From a virus: 64,000 bases of DNA. Position numbers and translations under genes: made by a program. This document shows, piece after piece, positions 58,174 through 64,000 of the stretch. The notes under the pieces were generated by a model. The model was not told the origin of the DNA and made no database searches. It saw only the letters and a list, made by a program, of their open reading frames with translations. Position 1 is the stretch's first letter. Each line of letters starts with the position of its first letter. The stretch covers positions 1 through 64,000 of the IMG/VR virus record IMGVR_UViG_3300020455_000892; one strand, written 5' to 3'.

Positions 58174-58767
58174 ATGAGAATATCGCATTTGAAAGAAGAT
58201 ATTGCAAAAGATGTTGCTGTATTTTACGGTGGCAGATTCCAGCCTATGCACAAAGGTCATAACAAAGTGTATATGGGTTTGGTAGAGCAATTTGGTTCCT
58301 CTAACGTATTTATCGCTACTACAGTTAGCAAGACAGCAACACCGGAACGTGATCCATTTTCGTTTGAGGAAAAGAGAAAAATAATGAATGAGATGTTTAA
58401 CATTCCTACTAGCAATGTTATTCAAACACAACCTTACAGACCAGATGTAAGTTTAACCGGAAAAGACCCTAACAACACTGCGGTAATATTAGTTTTTAGT
58501 GCTAAAGATGCTGGCAGACTCAAGCGTGGAGGTTTCCTCAGAGATTATGTACCAGGTGCTGAAATGGTGCCTAGTGACCAAGGTGCATACATATTAGAAG
58601 TACCAATCCAAGAAGGTGGCATGAGTGCTACAGACTTTCGAAATGGTATGAAAAATGACAGTCTAAATGACAATCAAAAAGTTATGCTGTTTAGAGAATT
58701 TTTTGGTTCTATTGAGCCAAAAACATACGAATTTGTAAGGGATAAACTAAATGCCGGTACTAGCTGA
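58174..58767 (+). CDS. HxGH nucleotidyltransferase (cytidylyltransferase/NMNAT-like)
   Basis: YGGRFQPMHKGH, DPFSFEEK, MSATDFR. Confidence 0.72.
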   Translation: MRISHLKEDIAKDVAVFYGGRFQPMHKGHNKVYMGLVEQFGSSNVFIATTVSKTATPERDPFSFEEKRKIMNEMFNIPTSNVIQTQPYRPDVSLTGKDPNNTAVILVFSAKDAGRLKRGGFLRDYVPGAEMVPSDQGAYILEVPIQEGGMSATDFRNGMKNDSLNDNQKVMLFREFFGSIEPKTYEFVRDKLNAGTS

Positions 58768-59368
58768 AAATAGAGCAAGACTAATGTTAAAACCTGGTGC
58801 AAGAAGCATTTACTTCAATGGTAATAGTATATTGTCTCCTCTAGTACCACATCATGGTATTATGTTTCCAATACAACCTGACATCACATATTCACAAAGT
58901 GTATCATATACTCCATATGACCTTACACATACCAACTATACATTCCAAGCATATAGAAATACACCTAGTCCTGATATACAGTTGACTTGTCAATTTGCTA
59001 GTGTTACAGATGAAGAAGCTAGATATACATATGCAGTGATACATTTTTTAAGAAGTGTTTCCAAAATGTGGTTTGGAGCAAATGAAGGCGCAAGCGGTGT
59101 TGCACCTGGTACACCTCCTCCTGTTTTATTGTTTAGTGCATTTGGTCAACAACAATTTTCAAATATTCCGGTAGTAGTTACACAGTTTAGTACGACTTAT
59201 GATAGTAATGTAGACTTAAAATTAATCGATGGTAATTTACAAATTCCAGCAATGATGAATATGTTTATTGGAATTGCAGTTCAACAAAATCCAGATAGAC
59301 AAAAGAACGTGTATAGTACTACTGATTTCATATCAGGTAGATTATATGGCGAGCAAGGATTTATTTAA
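58751..59368 (+). CDS. Baseplate/tail-tube initiator-like protein
   Basis: FP.QPDI.Y...V.Y....THTNY, HFLRSV.KM.FG, GTPPPVL.FSAFG...F.NIPVV. Confidence 0.55.
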   Translation: MPVLAENRARLMLKPGARSIYFNGNSILSPLVPHHGIMFPIQPDITYSQSVSYTPYDLTHTNYTFQAYRNTPSPDIQLTCQFASVTDEEARYTYAVIHFLRSVSKMWFGANEGASGVAPGTPPPVLLFSAFGQQQFSNIPVVVTQFSTTYDSNVDLKLIDGNLQIPAMMNMFIGIAVQQNPDRQKNVYSTTDFISGRLYGEQGFI

Positions 59369-59670
59369 TGGCTACAAGATATAATGAAAGAAGTAATTAC
59401 GCAGGTACAAGTCAAAACAAAAAGTATCTAGAATTATACGACCCACCGCTAACTACTGAAACACTTTCTGAACAGACAGTAACATTTGTAATAGAAGCAA
59501 AATACAATAGACGTCCTGATTTACTTGCATTTGATATGTATGGAAGTCCAAAAATCTGGTGGGTGTTTGCACACTACAACAGAGATCAATTAAAAGACCC
59601 TGTGATGGATTTTACGTCAGGTCTTAAAATAAAAGCACCAAAGACGTTTAGAGTATTAGGGGCTACCTAA
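59368..59670 (+). CDS. Baseplate wedge protein (gp53/LysM-like)
   Basis: KYNRRPDLLAFDMYGSPKIWWVFAHYN...DP..DF..G..I..P. Confidence 0.72.
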   Translation: MATRYNERSNYAGTSQNKKYLELYDPPLTTETLSEQTVTFVIEAKYNRRPDLLAFDMYGSPKIWWVFAHYNRDQLKDPVMDFTSGLKIKAPKTFRVLGAT

Positions 59671-62390
59671 TGGCTATACAGCAAATCTTCGAAGATAACG
59701 TACTCAACAAGTACGATAACGTTACTTATAAATGGACCATGTATATGATGCGTCCAGAAGATGTCAATCAATATGATGCAATTCTAAATACAAATCCTCC
59801 TGCATATAGAATTATTGCTGAATCCGGAGTTGAGAGTGAAATCAACATCGAAAGTGTTGAACATGATATGAAACTTACGTTTAACAAGCGTATGACTGAC
59901 AGAGAAGCAGTTGCAAATATGTTTAGTATACAACTTGTTGAACCACAAGGTGCAACATTGTACACAAGAATATTTGTTGCGGCTCAAGAATTAAAAATTA
60001 TAAATCATCTTAAAGCATGTTATCTATTAGAATTAAAATTCTTAGGTTATCATGAAGATGGCTCACCAGCAAATAATATCACTTCTCCTTATTACTATGC
60101 TTGTACAATGACTGGTTTAGATTTTCAATACAACGAAGGTGCTACACGATACAGAGCTGATCTAATCGAAACTACACAAGATGCATTTAAAAGACTTACA
60201 CTACACCTCAAAGAAGATCTTACAATACAAGCAAGTACATTTGGAACGTTCTTACAAAATTTAGAAGTTAAAGTAAATGAACAAGAAGCAAGGCAAGTCC
60301 TTAATAGTATTTCTAAACAATGGCCTCATGTTTACAGGTTTGCAACTGGAGGTAATGGAGCTGAAAGTTGGGGTAGCTGGGCTTTTGATACTGGTGCAGG
60401 CATAAGTGGTGAAACACCAGATCTTAGCAGTGTGAGTATTACAGGTAGTGGTAATTTAACTTTTGTAATCAAACAAGGTACAAGTATCAGTGATATTATT
60501 ATTATAGCTTTGATGCAGACAAAAAACTTTAGAAAATTGCCTACAGATGACGGAGGATTTCACAAAGACAATCCAAATGATCAGGTAGCTAAACCACCTA
60601 CATTTAGAGAACTAAGCAAATGGTTTGCTTTTGATTGTAAAACTGTGTACATGATATACGACACAGTTGCAAAAGATTTTGCAAAAGAGTTTACACTCAG
60701 TATAGCAGGTTATACTGTACCTGAATTATCGCATGATGCTAAAACATTCGAAGAAGTAGTTACTAACAAGTCAATACAAGTTGCAAGACTTAGAAATCTA
60801 GTAAGCAAAGAACTATTGAAAAAACGTTTTGATTATCATTATACTGGTCTTAACACAGAAGTTTTAGGTTTAGATATCTATTTAAACAACACTTACTATC
60901 AAATTCAAGCCCTAAACCAAGGTGAAGGTAGATTTGAAGGACAAAGTCAAGCTGGAGAAGGAAAACCAGATAATGAATTTAACCGTAACTCAACAGAGAT
61001 CGATGCCTTAAAGAAAAAACTAAGGATCTTAGAAGATGAACTTGTAACACTCAGAGGACAGAAGGATAGTTTTTTCAGTGATCAAAACAGACTGAGAACA
61101 ATGAATCCACCAGAACTAGCCGCCAAAGAGGCAGAGTTCAAAAATCAAATAGATGCAAAAGAAGCAGAAATAAAACAGACTAAAGAAGCAACAGAACAAA
61201 TTGTAGAAAAAACTATACCGTTATTACAAGAAGCGGCGGCGGAAGAAAGACTAAGACAAGGCGCCGGAGTTAACTTAGTAAGTGGTGATAGATATCTTAC
61301 GCAAAGTGAATTGTTTGGAAGAAGCAAACTTGATGATAATAAAAGTCACCCTGTAAGTTTTGATATTACAAACATTAATAGTAAAGCAACCAATGGTCCT
61401 GATGAAAATGACACAAGTGGTGCTGTTTTTCTAGGAGCTGTTGAACTTAATCTAAACAGTATGGGTGATTTAGTACAACAGCAAATTAATATTAGAGGAG
61501 ATCCTTATTGGCTTGGCAGACCTAAAAGTAGAAAATCTACTTTGTTTGGTGCAAACTACGAAAAAGGTGGCGTAAGTTACTTTTTAAATGTTAACTTTCC
61601 TACATATCCAAATCAAGATTCAGGTTTGATGCAAATACCAGAAGCAAACTTTGGTATAGTAGGCGCTTATCGTGTGCATACTGTAGTTGCTAGATACCAA
61701 GATGGTCAATTTACTATGACGTTGCAATCCTACAGAGACATACAAACTAATGTTGGATTGTTATACGACCTATTGCAAAAAGGCACAATAGAAGCAGACG
61801 AAACTGACCAATTAGATCCAAATAAAATAGAAGAGCAAGGTGAAGGTGACAGTGAAGGCGAAACAACAGAAGAAAACCAAGGACCACAAATAATTGAACC
61901 TCCAGTAGATGGTGATGCAACTGGTGTAGTTACACAAAGTCAACTTGGTTCAAGTAAAATTAGAAATCAAGCGGTTGCAAGTGATTTAACTAGCATTCTA
62001 CAACAAGCAGGTGCGGCGGCTGGAGTTAATGTTAATGTTACTAGTGGCGGACAACCTGCAAAAGGTAGTGGTGGTAGAAGAACAGGAAGTACAAGACATG
62101 ATAATGGACATGCGGCTGATGTGCAACTATCATTAGCTAACGGAAGAGTGCTTAGTTTGAATAATCCTGGTGATGTGCCTATTATTCAAAACTTTATCAG
62201 AGAAACAAAAAGATTTGGAGCTACTGGTGTTGGTGCAGGAAACGGATACATGGGAGATAATACTTTCCATATTGACAATGCTAGTTTATATGGACAAGGC
62301 AGTGCAGGTTATTGGGGTGGACATTTCGACAATGGCACATACAGAGCAAGAAATGCTCCGCGGTGGTTAAGAGATATATTTACAGCATAG
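59670..62390 (+). CDS. Baseplate hub-like protein with C-terminal M15-type peptidoglycan peptidase
   Basis: N-terminal NVL.KY.NVTY; IRGDPYWLG hub motif; C-terminal VTSG...STRHDNGHAADV...GVG.....FHID. Confidence 0.65.
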   Translation: MAIQQIFEDNVLNKYDNVTYKWTMYMMRPEDVNQYDAILNTNPPAYRIIAESGVESEINIESVEHDMKLTFNKRMTDREAVANMFSIQLVEPQGATLYTRIFVAAQELKIINHLKACYLLELKFLGYHEDGSPANNITSPYYYACTMTGLDFQYNEGATRYRADLIETTQDAFKRLTLHLKEDLTIQASTFGTFLQNLEVKVNEQEARQVLNSISKQWPHVYRFATGGNGAESWGSWAFDTGAGISGETPDLSSVSITGSGNLTFVIKQGTSISDIIIIALMQTKNFRKLPTDDGGFHKDNPNDQVAKPPTFRELSKWFAFDCKTVYMIYDTVAKDFAKEFTLSIAGYTVPELSHDAKTFEEVVTNKSIQVARLRNLVSKELLKKRFDYHYTGLNTEVLGLDIYLNNTYYQIQALNQGEGRFEGQSQAGEGKPDNEFNRNSTEIDALKKKLRILEDELVTLRGQKDSFFSDQNRLRTMNPPELAAKEAEFKNQIDAKEAEIKQTKEATEQIVEKTIPLLQEAAAEERLRQGAGVNLVSGDRYLTQSELFGRSKLDDNKSHPVSFDITNINSKATNGPDENDTSGAVFLGAVELNLNSMGDLVQQQINIRGDPYWLGRPKSRKSTLFGANYEKGGVSYFLNVNFPTYPNQDSGLMQIPEANFGIVGAYRVHTVVARYQDGQFTMTLQSYRDIQTNVGLLYDLLQKGTIEADETDQLDPNKIEEQGEGDSEGETTEENQGPQIIEPPVDGDATGVVTQSQLGSSKIRNQAVASDLTSILQQAGAAAGVNVNVTSGGQPAKGSGGRRTGSTRHDNGHAADVQLSLANGRVLSLNNPGDVPIIQNFIRETKRFGATGVGAGNGYMGDNTFHIDNASLYGQGSAGYWGGHFDNGTYRARNAPRWLRDIFTA

Positions 62391-62399
62391 GAAAAAACA

Positions 62400-63821
62400 A
62401 TGAGATACAACGCAAGTAATACACCAAGTCAAGGAGTACCAAGAACTACTTTTAACAAAAACGCAAGCGTCGGCGGTGTAGTTAAAAATGCTGGTTTGTT
62501 TGTAGGAAAAGTTATCGAGACAGTTGATGATCGCTATGAAGGTTATTTGCATGTAGAAATTTTTGGACAAGGCTATGTTGGCGAAACTGATAGCAAGGCA
62601 GAACGTGCAAATTATGTAAGAGTAAGACGAGGTAGTCCTTACGGAGGCAGTTATCAATTTGCAAATGCAACAAATAGCTACGGAATGAGTAGTCACCCAC
62701 CAGCACCGGGTACATCAGTATTGGTTGCTTTTCCTGCTAATAGTAATACAGGAATAATGGTATGTGTACTACCTGATATTACAAGAAACGCAAGTGTTCC
62801 GACAGATCCTACAGCTTTTGTAGATAGTGAAAACAATGCTATTGGACCTACATTAGATCCAAGTGTAAAAAAACAAACAGGCAAGAATAAAAAACCAAGA
62901 GCTACTCCTGAAACAATTCAAAGCGAAGCAACAGATCAAAAAGACAAAATAAATGACAGTGAAATTACAAGTCAAGGTATTGGTTTAGACAGTATTAGAG
63001 GATTAAGCAGTAGTAGCCAAAGAAGAGAATCTCCTACACAAGTTTTTGGTTTTAACACACCGGGTGGACATCAGTTTGTTATGGATGATGGTACACTGCC
63101 TAACAGTGACACATGCTTAACTCCTGACAAAGAAAGAGAAGGTGGATTAAGCAAACTTACACGTTTTAGAAGTGCCGGCGGTGCTCAAATATTATTCCAT
63201 GATGGTGTAGGGATTGTTTACATTATTAATCAAAACGGAAGCAGTTGGATTCAAATGGGAAGTGATGGCAAAATTGATGTCTATTCTGAGAGTGATATTA
63301 GTATGCACACAGAAACTGATTTTAATTTTCACTGTGGTGGAGATTTTAACATAGATGCTGATAGTATTAATATGAAAGCCAGAGGAACTGATGGTGCTAC
63401 TATTGAAACTGCAACTGGAGAATTTAATTTACATGCAAACAAAGATATAAAATTAACATCTGATCTAAATGGACACATAAAATGTAGTGGATTTATTAGA
63501 GAAACAGCAAGTTTAATTGATATGAATGGTCCCGAAGCCACAGCCGCTACAAAAACCACTGCTAACAATCTCACAGTTAATAGAACAGTAAAAGAAAGTA
63601 TTACAGGTAGAGTACCCGAAGCAGAGCCTTGGGGCGGACATGATGAGGAACAAGAAAACGTTCCACAAGCCGCTAGTCCTGATACTAACTTTGCCGCAAC
63701 TGATATTGACATGGCAAGTATTATGAATAATCAGCAACCTGCTCCTGAACAAACTACACAGCAAAAATCAAATACAAGAGTTGCCAATCCAAGAGCATTT
63801 GCAAAGGATGTGCCAAGATGA
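62400..63821 (+). CDS. Baseplate central spike (gp5/VgrG-like, no lysozyme domain)
   Basis: OB-fold (G.V....D....G.L.V; SYGM...PP..G..VLV.F); TPGGHQFVMDDG; beta-helix repeats; RVPEAEPWGGH. Confidence 0.75.
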   Translation: MRYNASNTPSQGVPRTTFNKNASVGGVVKNAGLFVGKVIETVDDRYEGYLHVEIFGQGYVGETDSKAERANYVRVRRGSPYGGSYQFANATNSYGMSSHPPAPGTSVLVAFPANSNTGIMVCVLPDITRNASVPTDPTAFVDSENNAIGPTLDPSVKKQTGKNKKPRATPETIQSEATDQKDKINDSEITSQGIGLDSIRGLSSSSQRRESPTQVFGFNTPGGHQFVMDDGTLPNSDTCLTPDKEREGGLSKLTRFRSAGGAQILFHDGVGIVYIINQNGSSWIQMGSDGKIDVYSESDISMHTETDFNFHCGGDFNIDADSINMKARGTDGATIETATGEFNLHANKDIKLTSDLNGHIKCSGFIRETASLIDMNGPEATAATKTTANNLTVNRTVKESITGRVPEAEPWGGHDEEQENVPQAASPDTNFAATDIDMASIMNNQQPAPEQTTQQKSNTRVANPRAFAKDVPR

Positions 63822-64000
63822 CAACTACAGTTGAAGAAAGATTTACAAGAAATTGGAATGACTACACAGTAAAGGATCATACTGCATATCACACTGTTCT
63901 CAATATAGCAAATGTAACATCTAGTCAAAAAGCTATAGATTGTGCATTAGGCTTTTTCTCAAATTACAGTGGATTTGATCAAACTGCATACGGAGAAGGA
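63818..64000 (+). CDS. Partial ORF after the spike gene, truncated by the window end
   Basis: ATGA overlap; MTTTVEERFTRNWNDYTVKD...FSNYSGFDQTAYGEG, open to the end. Confidence 0.55.
   Translation, partial: MTTTVEERFTRNWNDYTVKDHTAYHTVLNIANVTSSQKAIDCALGFFSNYSGFDQTAYGEG

Noticed and set aside
1-64000. Alternative genetic code (stop-codon recoding)
   Set aside because: Conserved genes are full length in the standard code, and TAA, TAG and TGA all serve as stops.

Overview
This 64 kb AT-rich window is part of a large T4-like (myovirus-type) phage genome, probably marine and probably infecting an alphaproteobacterium (inferred from ALAS-type hemA). From left to right it contains: (1) bilin pigment genes, pcyX-like reductase and hemA, with heme oxygenase lying apart at 39.3 kb; (2) an ADP-heptose and glyco-tailoring cluster (HldD, HldE, cupin, SGNH-like, QueG-like Fe-S protein, methyltransferase, carbamoyltransferase, GT9-like transferase) next to two extremely Cys-rich Gly-rich proteins; (3) a ~33 kb array of mosaic fibre/virion proteins, several paired with small chaperone-like genes, plus an S8 protease; (4) the T4-like head module (gp23, gp22, gp21, portal gp20); (5) a tape-measure-like gene and a gp26-like gene with a likely -1 frameshift; (6) a ~400 nt structured non-coding element behind a GIY-YIG nuclease; (7) gp46, gp47 and a gp55-like late sigma factor; (8) a baseplate module. 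Host-type sigma70 promoters and T4-late-like TAAATA boxes can be read directly from the sequence. The best candidates for new biology are the GIY-YIG-associated structured RNA, a putative phage virion-heptosylation/carbamoylation system, the frameshift, and type-1 copper-like sites in virion proteins. All calls come from motif recognition by eye; no database searches were run.
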